Shown: positions 24,445 to 37,390, counted from the stretch's first letter. The stretch is DNA of 64,000 nucleotides from Leucoraja erinacea (GCF_028641065.1 NC_073408.1:12152001-12216000), one strand, 5' to 3'. The notes: generated by a model not told the origin, from the sequence alone. Numbers and translations are program-made.

Positions 24445-24865
24445 CATGTATTGTCACATGCACCAATTGGTACAGTGAAACGTGTGGTCACCATACAGCC
24501 ATACGAATAAAAAAAGAGCACAGAACACGATAGTCTTTAACATAGACATCCCCACACAGCGGAATCAGAGTTTCCCACTGTGAGGGAAGGCACTAAAGTT
24601 CAGTCATCCTTCTCTGTGGTCCTCTGTTGTTCACCCGTGGTCGGGGGACTCCCAAGCAGTCCTGACCTACTATCTACCTCATTGGAGACCCTCGGACTAT
24701 CTTTAAACAGACTTTACTGGACTATATCTTGCACTGAATGTTATCTGTACACAGTGGACGGCTTGATTGTATCATGATTAGTCTTTTTGCTGACTGAACA
24801 GCAAGCCACAAGAAAGCTTTTCACTACCTCGGTACAGGTGACGATAATAAACGGATAAACTAACA
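24445..24865. mobile_element. Two LINE 3' tails back-to-back (minus ~24445-24645, plus ~24655-24865), Rex1/Babar-like
   Basis: Both carry the tttcactgtacc...gtgacaata-type terminal motif shared with the other Rex1/Babar tails. Confidence 0.6.
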
Positions 24866-24884
24866 TGAATAATAAATAAAATAC

Positions 24885-25160
24885 GGATGCTGCCTCACAG
24901 CGCCAGAGACACATGTTCAGTCCTGACCCCAGATGCTATTAGTGCGGAATTTGCACGTTCTTCCTGTGATCATGTGGGTTTACTGCGGGTGCTCTTCCCA
25001 CGTTCCATGGGTGAGCTGTGTGGCCCTTGTGTGAAAGTGAATAGTGGAACCTAAAGTGGTGAGGGGGGGTTTGGAAGGCAGTGGGAGGAATGGATTAGAA
25101 TGTGGGGAGGATTAAAATTAAAGGATTAAAGCAGGATCAGTGTAAATGGGCGATGGATCT
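24885..25160 (+). mobile_element. Decayed HE1-like SINE
   Basis: tgctgcctcacagcgccagagac head and V-domain remnants. Confidence 0.6.
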
Positions 25161-25571
25161 ATTTCTTATTTTGATCTTATTTGATATATTATTTTTACAA
25201 TGATCCTTGGTTTGAGAATCTTTAGGCAGAGGAATTATTCTCTCTGTATTCGCCCTGTATTTAATTGGTTTGCTTCAGAAAGGTCACCTCTCATTTTTCC
25301 TAAACTCTGATGAACAGAGGACCAACCTCTTTGTTAATAACATTCACGTAAACCCCAAACCAGTTTGATCATTTTTTATTGCGCTCCCTTTCTATGTATG
25401 TCCTTGTTTAGTTAAAAGGATTAAAATTGTACAAAATTGCCATGTGACTGTTCATTCATTCTTCAAGTGAAGGACTAGTCCCTCGTAGCTGCTTGAACAG
25501 TCTGGCTCCTACTTTTGAATGCTGTTGTTGTACTATCATCTCTTTAATCATCTTAAACATCGCAATTAGAT

Positions 25572-25978
25572 GGCTTGGCGATCGTTTCGCCGAACACCTC
25601 CGCTCGGTCCGCACTAACCAACCTGACCTCAGCACTTCAACTCCCCCTCCCAATCCGTATCCGACCTCTCTGTCCTGGGCCTCCTCCACGGCCAGAGCGA
25701 GCAACACCGGATATTGAAGGAACAGCACCTCATATTCCGCTTGGGGAGTCTGCACCCTAGTGGCATGAACATTGATTTCTCACAATTCTGTTAACCCTTG
25801 CTGTCTCCTCCCCTTCCTCAGCCCTCGGGCTCCTCCTCCTCCTTTTTCCTTTCTTCTCCCCGCCTCCCCCCATCCCCTATCTGTCTGAAGAAGGGTTTCG
25901 GCCTGAAACGTTGCCTATCTCCTTCGCTACCTAGATGCTGCTGCACCCGCTGAGTTTCTCCAGCACTTTTGTGTACCT
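25572..25978 (+). mobile_element. Penelope-like retroelement, second 5'-truncated copy
   Basis: LGDRFAEHLRSVRTNQPDL, highly similar to 12625-13112. 12-bp TSD tcgcaattagat at 25560-25571 and 25979-25990. Hammerhead-like core at 25885-25912. Confidence 0.9.
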
Positions 25979-26952
25979 TCGCAATTAGATCACTCATTAA
26001 TCTTCTTTACTAAAGTGAATGCAAATCTATTGTCCACTAAACTTTCTCATAGTTCTCCAGTATTGCACTCTCTCACACACTGGTGCTAAAACATAAGCAA
26101 CACTTTAGGTGCAATTACATCGTGGAAGATAATACTTGTTTTAAAGATTGCTAAATAAAGATTTCAGCAGTTAGGTAATGATAACTCTATCAAGGATGAA
26201 GGGAAAAAAAACTTAAATTAAACACTATAAAAGAATATTTTTTTTTGCCTATAACTAAAATGAATCATAGTCAGCCCTATATCGGTAAACAGACAGCAAC
26301 AAGGTAAGAAACACTCAGCACCAACCAGTACTGTTTGGTTTACTGTATTGACAAAATTGCTTTCTGCAACATCTGAATTGTTCCAATCCTATTAATATAA
26401 GCCATACTTTATAATCCTCAGACTTATATGATTTCCCAATTTTCTGTTGATTACATTGCAGTGGAATCCAGTTAGTTTAAGCTTCGCTCCGCAATCTTAC
26501 CCATAGTCTCACGTGACCTCCTCAATGTTGTGACTAATAAAGCAGAGTCAGATGGCATAATTCAGTATGAAGGGCAGCAATACAAACCGCTTCATGCTTA
26601 AATGAAAAAGGTTGGCATGGTTTGCGGTTGTGAAGGATTAAGGCGTTGAAATACCTTGACTGTGTGTACATCAGCTAAATATGAACAATTACCACAGAAT
26701 AAGATGAAAATCACTGTACTGGAAGTTCTACCAAGTAGTTCACAAAGCATCTGCTTCATAATATAAGATGTGTCTATACCGAGGCTCATTAAAGTCTGCA
26801 CAGTAAATAAAAATTGTGCTTGTTAATCTGGTGACAGAAACAAAACTCCAAGCCATCTGCTCTTTGCTGATTATCTCAGTATGTCTGCACAACACCATGG
26901 CGGGTCACCGTGGCTTAAGATGTAGCAGTGTCTGCTCTCAGTTTGGAGTTTT

Positions 26953-27240
26953 AACATAGAACGTGGAGCAATACAGCATGGAAAAAGGCCCTTCGGCCCA
27001 CAATGTTTGTGCCGGCTGTGATCCCTAGTTGAACTGATCTTGTCTTCCCGTACATGGTCCATATCCCCTATTCCCTGCACTTCCAGGTACCTATCTAAAA
27101 GCCTCTTAAATGCCACTGTCATATCTGCCTCCATCACCACCACCCCTGGCAAGGCGTACCAGGCTCCCACTACTCTCTGTGTAAAAAAACCTGCCCCGCA
27201 CTTCTCCATTTATACTTTTCCCCTCTCACACTATCGCTAT
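26953..27240 (-). mobile_element. CR1/HER1 LINE 3' end
   Basis: FFTQRVVGAWYALPGVVV...AFKRLLDRYL. Confidence 0.85.
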
Positions 27241-28139
27241 GCTCTCTGTGTGCAAGTAATTGATGACATAGCAGGAAAAGTAAGGTTTTCGAGATCTGAA
27301 TGTGCATGGCAAAAACTATTTATATCCCAAAAATGGAGTTTGCGATATCAACGGGGGAATGCAAGTTGGAAAGTTCAATGTTAAATAAAGGCCAACATCA
27401 AAGCTGAAAGAAAAATGAATAGAGAGAAAGGATGATTGTTTTAAAGGAAAGAAAACAAAAGGCACGCAGGCAGACCTTTATTGTAAATATTTAATTTGAA
27501 CTTTTAAAAATTTCTGACAGCATTTAAAACTTGAAGGACTACGTTAATTGGAAGTAACTGATGTAGATCATTTTGTTAAAAGAATAATACACATGAAATG
27601 ATGAGCCTGCTACAGTGGGATTAGTTCAGATCAACACCTGCGGCTACTATTCAATGTTTAGTGGGTTTCATTGGTGAAGCCAAAGGTAAGGGACCACTTT
27701 CACAAAGTTAACTGGGGCAGCAATTGACTATTTAATGCAGCTGTCCCTCCCTCGAAGCTGGGTGTTATTGGCATTGAAGTAACAGTGAGGGAAACTGGCA
27801 AGAGGCTAGGCCCATTCATTGGCAAGAACCTTTGCTGCATCACAGTAAATTAAGTCATTTAGCTGGATTGTGTTCACATTAACAATTCAGTTCCCTGCTT
27901 AAATTGAATACAAGTCTTGTGGTTCATTTTGGTACAGATTCAAAAACGGAATACTTCTTCTATGCCTGGCTCTACTTGTTGGCTGTACTCAATAGTTACA
28001 GGACAATAGATTACAGAAACAAAGAACTGCAGTTGCTGTTTTACAAAAAAAAAACACCCAAAACTCAGGTCAGCAAACTTTGAGAACTTGGATAGGTGAC
28101 ATTTCAGTTGGGATCCTTCTTCAGTCTTATTGTTGGGGG

Positions 28140-28331
28140 CGGCTGTCACTCTACTCAACAACGTACCTCGGTGACTGCCAATCACCACCCCCCCCCCGGA
28201 CACTTATTATTATTTATTCAAATCGTTTGCTATGTCGCTCTTCAAGGGAGATGCTAAATGCATTTCGTTGTCTCTGTACTGTACACTGACAATGACAATT
28301 AAAATTGAATCTGAATCTGAATCTGAATCTG
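28140..28331 (+). mobile_element. LINE 3' tail (Rex1/Babar-like) ending in (AATCTG)n
   Basis: gcatttcgttgtctctgtactgtacactgacaatgacaattaaa plus tandem aatctg, flanked by a long direct repeat. Confidence 0.6.
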
Positions 28332-28611
28332 AGGTCCACATCTTTTGAGAACTTGGATAGGTGACATTTCAGTTGGGATCCTTCTTCAGTCTTATTGTTG
28401 GGGGGGGCTAGAAAGTTCGAAGAATAAGATAGGTTATTTTCATGGAACAATCAAAGGCCATACCAGAGTAAAGAGGTCACGGCCTTTTATCCTTGCTAGG
28501 TCAGTCAGTGCACATGCATGAGGGAGCAAGATGCGTCGTGCTTTTTCTGTGCTTTGGTATTCAAGCAATAAAAAAAAATTGGATGGACAAACATATTAAT
28601 AACCTTTTATG

Positions 28612-29014
28612 CTCATTCACATTTGGAACATTGTGAGCAATTTTGGGCACCATAGCTGAGGAAGGATGTGCTGGCTCTGGAGAGGGTCCAGAAGAGGTTT
28701 ACAAGAATGATCCCAGGAATGAGTAGGTTAACCTATGATGAGCATTTATCGGCACTGGCCCTGTACTCGCTGGAGTTTAGAAGAATGAGGGGACACCTCA
28801 TTGAAACATTCAGAATAGTAAAAGGCTTTGATAGAGTGGATGTGGATAGAATGTTTCCACTAGTGGGAGAGTCTAGGACTACAGGTCCTAAACTCAGAAT
28901 CAAAGGACATTCTTTTCTGAAGGAGATGAGGTGAAATGTCTTTTGTCAGAGTGTGGTGAATCCGTGGAATTATTTGCCACAGAAGGCTGTGGAGGCCAAG
29001 TCAGTGGATATTTT
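28612..29014 (+). mobile_element. CR1/HER1 LINE, host copy (continues 29775-29908)
   Basis: LALERVQKRFTRMIPGM...LYSLEFRRMRG. Collinear with 54420-54780 across the interruption. Confidence 0.9.
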
Positions 29015-29774
29015 CAATAGACAATAGACTATATGTGTAGGAGTAGGCCATCCGAGCCAGCACCACCATTCAATGTGATCATGGCTGATCATCCACAATC
29101 AGTACCCCGTTCCTGCCTTCTTTCCATATCCCTTAACTCCACTATCCCTAAGAGTTCTATCTAACTATCTCTTGAAAGCATCCAGAGAACCAGCCTCCAC
29201 CCCCCTCTGAGGCAGAGAATTCCACACACTCACAACTCTTTGTGTGAAAATATTTTTCTTCATCTTCGTTCTAAATGGCTTATCACTTATTCTTAAACTA
29301 TGGCCCCTGGTTCTGGACTCCCCCAACATTGGGAACATGTTTCCTGCCTCTGGCATGTTCTAACCTTTAATAATCTTATATGTTTCAATAAGATCCCCTC
29401 TCATCCTTCTAAATTCCAGAGTATACAAGCCCAGCCGCTCCAATCTATCAACATATGACAGTCCTGCCATCCCAGGAATTAACCTCGTGAACCTACGCTG
29501 CACTCCCTCAATAGCAAGAATGTCCTTCCTCAAGTTTGGAGACCAAAACTGCACACAATATTCCAGGTGTGCTCTCATTAGGGCCCTGTACAACTGCAGG
29601 AGGACCTCTTTGCTCCTGTAGTCAACTCCTCGTGTTATGAAGGCCAATATGCCATTCACTTTCTTGACTGCCTGCTGCACCTGCATGCTTACTTTCAGTG
29701 ACTGATGAACAAGGACCACCAGATCCCGTTGTACTTCCTCTTTTCCCAACTTGACACCATTTAGATAATAATCT
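29015..29774 (-). mobile_element. CR1/HER1 LINE nested in opposite orientation
   Basis: QRDLVVLVHQSLKVSMQVQQAVKK...LEYCVQFWSP...RRMRGDLIETYKI, with the tail microsatellite at 29015. Confidence 0.92.
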
Positions 29775-31566
29775 GGCAGAGTTAGATAGATTCTTGATAG
29801 TACTGGTGTCAGAAGTTATGGGGAGAGGGCAGGAGAATGGGGTTATGATTGAATGGTGGAGTAGACTTGATGGGCTGAATTCTACTCCTATTCCTCATGA
29901 CCTCATGACCAATATTATATTGGTGGGGAGTTGGTGCGCAGAGTGGGGTTTTGGACTTCTGGATATCTCAAATGTTTTTTAGGTTAATGCTGCAAAATTG
30001 AAGTTCAACTTCTTTTAGTGAATTAAATAAATGTCGCAATTAGCCCTGGTGCCTATTTAGAGGCGAGTTGGTGAAATATTTTTGGAAGATTTGTACCCTT
30101 TTTCCTTTGCTAAAACACAATAGCAGGCTGCCATGGAAGGAAGGAAAGATAAGGAGAGGCAGAGGTGCTATAATTCATGAGTGTTTATTCACAGACCCAC
30201 CTCCCAGCACCAGTTGAGTCTTGCAGCCCATACCGCAGTGAGACATGAGCATATAAGCTGGAGAAATCGCAGCAGGTATATGGCTTTAGATTGTATTCAT
30301 TAAACACCATGAGACCTTGGAATAATGATGGCAATGCTCAGAGCAGTAAAAACTCTGCAGAGTGCAAAACATCAGTGTCCCAGTCAGGCAATTTTAATTC
30401 CCATCTGCCTGATGACTTGCTGCTTGGTTTGCTCTCAATTTGACTGAGTTAAATTGAGGGGTGTAGGTTGTACATCATTTGTCCAATTTCTGTTGGTGAG
30501 GCAGAGATGAACGTCATACGCACTGATATCATCAAATACGCAAGTGATTCTGCAAAAATGACAGCTGTGGAGGGAGAAATCTTGCCCACAAGTGCCTTCT
30601 CCAATTCCCCAAATTAGGAATTCAACATGGGACAGTGCAAACCTGAGGTAAAAGTGCACAAAAGTTCCTTCATGCATGAGTCATGTAGCTGTACAGCACA
30701 GAAATGTGCCCTTCACCCATATGTCTTGCTGATCTTTTTGACCATCTATTCTGACCCCATTTGTTTACATTAAGGCCATATCCTTCTATGCCTTATCTAT
30801 TTACTTGTCTGTGTAATGGACTCTTAATAAATAATTCCACCGCCTCTGGCAATATATTGCAGATAACAGCCACACTGTGTAAGAAACTTGCCCTTCAGAT
30901 CCCCAAATTAAGTCTATACCTTTGTGCTTTTGATACCACAGCACTCCAAGTTCTAAGGTGTTGTGTGCATGGATTTTAAACTATGGATTTTACATATTGT
31001 CTCATTCATTGATGTTTGACTCTCTGACATTGGAGCACCCTCCCTCAGTCTTGATATCAATCCTTGCAATGAAGAGTATGCAACCTCCTTCTTTCATTCC
31101 TCTTTCAAAATGTATCAATGCAATCTGTTTCTCAACTGCCCTTAGAAAGAAAGACTTTGGGATTCTTGCTCTGGTTTTTATGCCTAAAGTACTCACGATA
31201 CAATTCAGAAGAACAAGTGAAAGGGAAATAAACTTCTGCAGCTGCTCCACCAATCAATAAAACATGGCTGACCTTTTTCCTTCATGCACTTAAGTAATTT
31301 GAATGTGTCATCGTTGCTGCAACCTGGGCCAATATTGAAGCCAATATGGCCCCCGAATAGAGCTATTAATTTGTTTCATGGATGATTGCTGAGGAATAAT
31401 TGCTGATCAATGAGCGAGATTACACAGGGCATAGAAAACCCAAGAATACGCACAACATAACGCAAAGCTTTCATAGTGTTCCTGATGCGAGTCCGATGAC
31501 TCCTGGCTTCTGTCCCATCCCTTCCTGTGCCTAATTTTGCAGTAATGGATCTGCTAACTCTCTTAT

Positions 31567-31671
31567 GTGCAGTAAGGAACTGCAGATGCTGGTATAAATC
31601 AAAGACAGTTGCAAAATGCTGGAGTAACTCAGCGGGACAGGCAACATCTCTGGAGATCCTTCTCTCTTATC
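31567..31671 (-). mobile_element. Penelope-terminus-derived short insertion
   Basis: aaggaactgcagatgctgg...aaatgctggagtaactcagcgggacaggc. 16-bp TSD ctgctaactctcttat at 31551-31566 and 31672-31687. Confidence 0.7.
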
Positions 31672-33014
31672 CTGCTAACTCTCTTATCCTGAATCAGTGT
31701 AGCCACAGCATTCATGGGGAGCATTACATGTCCTCCGAAAACTGGAAGGAAATGCAGACCTATGTAAATCGAAAAGTGATGAAACAAAACAGATCCAATA
31801 ATTCTGAAATACAAACAAAGCAGATCAGCAAAGATATCAGTCTTGAAATACAATTGGGCAGCTTATGTATACCATTGATTGAATCTAGAAGGTGAAATGA
31901 TTGATGCCTGTAATTGGGGATTTGATGCATGCATGGATCGTGAAGTTGGTGATTTTGATACGCTGAGATGCCTCGAATAGCTCATTGATGGTCATATCAA
32001 GGCATCATTCCATTATTATATTCCAGACCCAATTGCTTAACATGTGAAAACAAAATCATATACTTCTGATTCTTTTGCCCATCACCTTCATTCTATGTCT
32101 CCTTATTTTTGATCTCTGCCAATTGAAGCGGTGTCACTCAATCTTCTCTGCCGTGAACTTAAATGCTGTTATCAACTCTCTTGGCAATTTCCTCCATTCC
32201 AAGGGAAAAAACGAAGCCTCTTCAATCCCTGGAATCCTTGGTAAATCTCCACTGCATATTTTCTATAAGGCCAGTATATCTTTCTTCAAGTGAAGCACGC
32301 AAAGCTGGACTCAATACTCCGCTTGTGAACAAACGAGTGTTTTGTAAAATATCACAATGCCATTCTCACATTTGAGCTGTATGCCTCTAGGTTAGAAAAC
32401 CCAAATACTTTTTTAACCACATGGGCAACTTGTCCTGCCACGTTTAACAAACTATGCATACAACCTCTGAGATATCCCTGTTCTTGTACTTCTTTAGAAT
32501 TGTCCCCTCTAGTATAAATTACTATTTCTCAGGATTAAATTTCATACAGTGCCTATCGCCTCATTTCACCGACCATTCTACCTCCCTTAATTGACCTTCT
32601 CACAATTCACTGTTCAGTGTCATTTGGAAATTGTGTCCTACAGCCTTACATTCAATCATGTTAAGAAAAACAGTGGCTCCAGTATTAACATCTGGGGAAC
32701 TCTACCATGTACCTCTCCAGTTGGAAAAGAAACGTGTCACTAATATTTTTTTTTGATCTGACAAAACCAATTCAAAGCATCCGCATCCAATGTTTGCGTT
32801 TGCACTTGTAAAATAATCATACAAGCTGTGAAATGATTGTGAATGTTCCAGTATACAATTTATCTCAGAGGCATAGAAAGTAACCCAGGGCAACATAATA
32901 TACAACAGGCAAAGGGAAAACCATAAGGACTAACAATGAATTAAACTCAGTGCTTACGCTCAGTATCAGGAGTTTCCCTTTAGATTAAAACAGTTAATCG
33001 CATACTCGCACTCA

Positions 33015-33295
33015 GTTTGGTCGAGAATTTTTTTTTCCGCGAGTAAAAATTGGTCAGCATGGTTCATTTGAACTCGTAGTGGAGTGGAGTGGGGTGGCTA
33101 GGCAGTCGAGGTAGCCATAGGCAATCTCCTTTGCTGACCGGGCATTTTAATTGGCTCATTGGAGTTTTCAGAACCAAGGAAAACTGACTGGTAATGTTAA
33201 ATATCCGCTAAACTTTATTAAAAGTTGTCTGGCTTCTTAAAATTGGCTCACTCCTTCTACCCTCCTTCTACCCCCCTTCTCCCTCCCCCCTCTCT

Positions 33296-33340
<45 letters not shown>

Positions 33341-33626
33341 ACCACGCTCTCTAAAAGACTTACCATACACTGTGCCAGCCATCTTTTACCTTCCTGTTCA
33401 TCGCGGGTGTGAATTTCAGACAGCGCTCCCCCGCTTTCCCTGGCCCATGCCTTTGCGATGTGTTTGTGTGTGTGTGTGTGTGTGTGCGTGTGTGTGTGTT
33501 GACGGTCGATCCAGCTCGCTGTTTCGTCGCTGACGGTCGATCCAGCTCGAGGTTTTTCAGGCGAGTGCCCTCGAGCTTGAAGGTTGAAGACAGTCGCTGA
33601 AAAGTCGCGTTAGTGGGACAGGCCCT
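33015..33626. mobile_element. Harbinger-like MITE, truncated, inverted relative to 4712-5493
   Basis: Long reverse-complement homology to 4755-5310. Terminus ...agtgggacaggccct followed by TAA. Confidence 0.75.
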
Positions 33627-34062
33627 TAATGAGGATAAACCTCTTCACTCTTTGTGTGAATCTTTGCTCCAGAGGGCTGTTGATACTCAACTGTTGAGAT
33701 TTTTCAAGGTTGAGCCAAGTACACTTGAACTCTAAGAGGCCCAATGGATAAGAGACCAGAGAGTGGAATTAATGTAAAATTTCTGCTGTTGTCTTATAAA
33801 ATGGTGGAGCACATGACCGGCCCCTATTGCTCAAGTTCTAATGTGCTCATTACTTAATGTACCTGGAAAATCTTCTTCTATGAAGAAACAAGATTTTGAT
33901 TAATTACAAGTTGCAGAATGTCACTGCAACTTCTTCTGCTGTAATGTTAATCATTCTGCGCATCTGGAGTACACACGCCATCTGTGGTTTTCCAGGATTA
34001 TTTGAACCACAGTTATAATGATCATAGAAGATAAGCTCTCCCCATTAACATTATGGTGATAC

Positions 34063-34299
34063 TATGGCAGACGAAAAAACGAGCCACGCATGGTGAAAAT
34101 AAAGAGAACTTTATTGCTCAGGTAAAGAGATCAACACACACGCGGATGGGGGAGGGCTAACCCAGGTCTCCATACTGATACTAGGGCAAACTCCTAAACC
34201 TCATGACAACTGCTTCCCGCCATTACCCAGTCACGTGACCCTACCCCCCAACTGCCAAGGGTTCGAATACGGGTGGCCTAACCACCAGGTGGCGCCACA
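34063..34299 (-). mobile_element. Probable solo LTR (Gypsy-like)
   Basis: Minus strand starts TGT and ends cATA (likely decayed ACA), with AATAAA near its 3' end (plus-strand tttatt 34110-34115). Flanks atac/atgc resemble a 4-bp TSD with one mismatch. Confidence 0.55.
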
Positions 34300-34424
34300 A
34301 TGCGTTATAACAGTAATTCAGCAGCAAAGGGGAAGAGAGAATTGATTACAAGAGTCAGATTCAAATGACTGAAAATAAAACACTCATTGTGTCGAGTAAA
34401 TGGAATATACAATATAGAGTATAG

Positions 34425-35085
34425 GACATTATAGCACAGGGACTGGCACTTTGGTCCACAATGTTCCTGCCGAACATGATGCTAAACTAAATCTCTGCCA
34501 GCACATGATCCATATCCCTCCATTCCCTGCATATCCGTGTGCTTATCCAAAAGCCTCTTAAATGTCATCATTGTATCAGTGGCACAGTGTAAAAGAAAGA
34601 CATGCTCCACACATCTATTATACATTAAAACTGTGTGGCTGCCGCCTGCCGTGATCCGGCTGCCTTTCTGCCTTTTGATTCGCTGCTCCTTCCTATCAGC
34701 TTCCAACACACTTCAAAACAAAGTTGCAAGACAGGAACACTCTGAACTTTTCACCTCAATGGGCTATCACAGCAAGTGCTTCAACAGGAGGGGGAGGGCC
34801 AATTGGTATTGCAATTGGAACTGCTACAGCAGGCAGGGGAGGTGAAATTTGATTATTTTTTTTAAATCCACTGCTGAGGGAGGCAGGGGAGTGCTGGAAT
34901 CTTACATTTGGGAACGGCTTCAGTTCCGTTGGATGAGACGGGTGCATGGTGGAATATTGGGTTGGGGGATCACACCATTGGGGGAGCAGACCCAACGGGT
35001 CTGCACTTGGTCTAGTTTTCTTTAAAATTAGGCCCTTTCATCTTAAAACTGTGCCCTCTAGTCATTGGCATTTACACCCTGGGGA
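34425..35085 (-). mobile_element. CR1 LINE 3' fragment interrupted by a Helitron
   Basis: FKRLLDKHTDMQGMEGYG before the Helitron. CR1 sequence resumes at 35016 (ttttctttaaaatt...gtgccctctagt). Confidence 0.7.
34614..35015 (+). mobile_element. Complete non-autonomous Helitron (~400 bp)
   Basis: A|TCTATTATACATTAAAAC 5' end, subterminal hairpin GCAGACCC-aac-GGGTCTGC (34986-35004), CTAG|T 3' end, no TSD. Confidence 0.85.
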
Positions 35086-36399
35086 ATATGGCATGAATCT
35101 TAATATTATGTGAATGAATACTAAAGACATGAGTGTTCTTTCAATTTTGTGTTCTCTTAAATCAGGCAACATGAAAGACACAAGCGAGTCTGGTTGTTTG
35201 GTGATTGAGGAGGGCACTGGCTTTTTACCACTGGAATCCAGATCAAAATCAACTTCATTCTCATGGGTTGAATGTGCTGGACTCTATCAGAGAGGAATCC
35301 TTCTAGGATTAGACCCATTCCAATCATTACAAAGTGTTAGCCCATTTGTGGAAAGCTGTTGCTAACTGACAATGAATGTGCTATCTCATTCAAAGGCTCA
35401 AAAAGAGGTAGTGCTTGAGATGGAAAATGTATTAAGTGATGTGTGGTGAGACTTTCATCTATATTCAATTATACTGAGCTGAACGCAAGAGTGCCTCCAA
35501 CTAACACTGAGAGTGGGAAACTTTAATTGCGTCTTAATAACAATACACTGCCATTTGTTATCTTGAGGCTCCATTATATAATTATTCAAAGAACGTTTGA
35601 GCTTTCTGATGCTATCATGGAAGCTGGGAAACCTGGATTTGTCTATATATTTAACAAACCTAGAATTAGAATATATAATGTGCCTGGATGACCTTTTGTA
35701 ACATGAAGAACTTCTTGATAAATGAGCCAGATGAGAAACTAATTCAGATACACATAATCAACTTGGTATCTCCGTGCAGAATGTCACTGTAATTACAAAG
35801 AGGGAACAAACGCAAATCAGAATCAAAGATCCTAAAAAGCTGCAAGTCATGAGAATTTTTAATTTTCACGAGAAAATTGTTTTCCTACTTTATATTCAAT
35901 TCCTGTGGCTTGGAGGTGACGACTGATTCTGAATTTTTGATTGGTAATGGTGTCAGGGTTATGGGGTGAAGGCAGGAGAATGGTGTTGAGAGGGAAAGAT
36001 AGATCAGCCATGGCGGAGTAGACGATGGGCTGAAATTCTGCTCCCGTAACTGGTGCTTATGAATTAGTAGTCATTCTTTAGTGTGAAGGTCCCCTCAGCC
36101 ATGGACGTGAAATGGGATAATTCTGCTGTCCTGTGTTTATTTAATGGTGCATCTACATGAATTATGGGGTCCAATCTTTTTAGTGTGAAGCAGTGCTGCA
36201 AAGGGCAAGCATCATACCTGAAGTGAAATGGGATTTCTATGTCACTTTACCCTCTCCTGTGTTTAGATGATGATAATCCAACATCTCTGGAGTATGGCAT
36301 ATCCAACCAGATGTGGGCTCCAGAATCTTTACTGAAAATCCTTTTCTTGAATCTCCACGAAGTGCTGCAAAGAGACGACAGCAGCACAATGGGCAAGAC

Positions 36400-36592
36400 C
36401 TTCGGCTGGCGACCGGAAGTTTGATTTCAAATCCCACTGGAGTGCTTACTGTCGTTGTGTCCTGGGCAAGACACTTCCCCAAGATGATGATGTAATACAC
36501 GGCAGGCGCGGGAGTACCGCTGCCATATCCTCCCTTTCCAGAGATGCTAAAAAGGCATTTCGTTTGTCTGGATTTGTACACTGACAATGACC
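36400..36592 (+). mobile_element. CORE-like SINE fragment with a LINE-derived tail
   Basis: B-box-like ttcaaatccc, CORE-like gttgtgtcctgggcaagacactt, and tail gcatttcgtttgtctgg...gtacactgacaatgac shared with 28260-28297. Confidence 0.5.
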
Positions 36593-36744
36593 TCCCAACC
36601 AAGTTTCATTTCATTTCCACGAAGATACCAGCTGCTCCAGAGAGTTTGTTGTTTCTCAATGAATATGTCTTTTTTTAATCTTCTTGTTGGTCTAAGATGG
36701 CATTGCGATTGGTACAGATAGCGTGCTGTAGAAAGCAGTTAGCG

Positions 36745-37390
36745 TTATAGAGTCATACAGCATGGAAACATTTGTTATGGAAACTTCGGCTAACTTGCCC
36801 ATGACGACCAAGATGTCCCATCTATGCTAGTCCCACCTGCCTGCATTTAGCTTTTCCTTTCCTTTCCATGTGCCTGTCTAAATGTCTTTCAAATGCTGTA
36901 ATAGTACTTGCTGCAACTACCTCCTCTGGCAGCTCATTCCTTATTCCCACCACCCTCTGCATGGAAAAGGTTACCCCTCGGGTTCCTATTAAATCTTTCC
37001 CCTCTCAGCTTAAACCAATGACCCCCGGTTCTTGATATCCCTACTTTAGGTAAAAGACTGTACATTTACCCTATCTATTCCCCTCATGATCTTATACACC
37101 TCTATAATATCACCTTGCATCCTCCTATGCACCAAAGAATAAAGTCCTAGCCTGCCCAACCTGTCTCTATAGCTCAGGTCCTCAAGTCCTGGCAACATCC
37201 TTGTTGATCTTCTCTGACCTGTTTCCAGCCTAACAATATCCTTCCAAGAGCAGGGCGACCAAAACTGAACACAATACTCCAACTGTGGCCTCACCAATGT
37301 CTTGTACAACTGCACCATCACATCCCAACTTCTATACTCAATACCCTGACTGGTGAAGGCCAATATTCCAAAAGCCTCCTTATCACCCTA
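36745..37390 (-). mobile_element. CR1/HER1 LINE fragment
   Basis: QGIEYRSWDVMVQLYKTLVRPQLEYCVQFWSP...GDIIEVYKIMRGIDRV plus 3' UTR. Confidence 0.9.
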
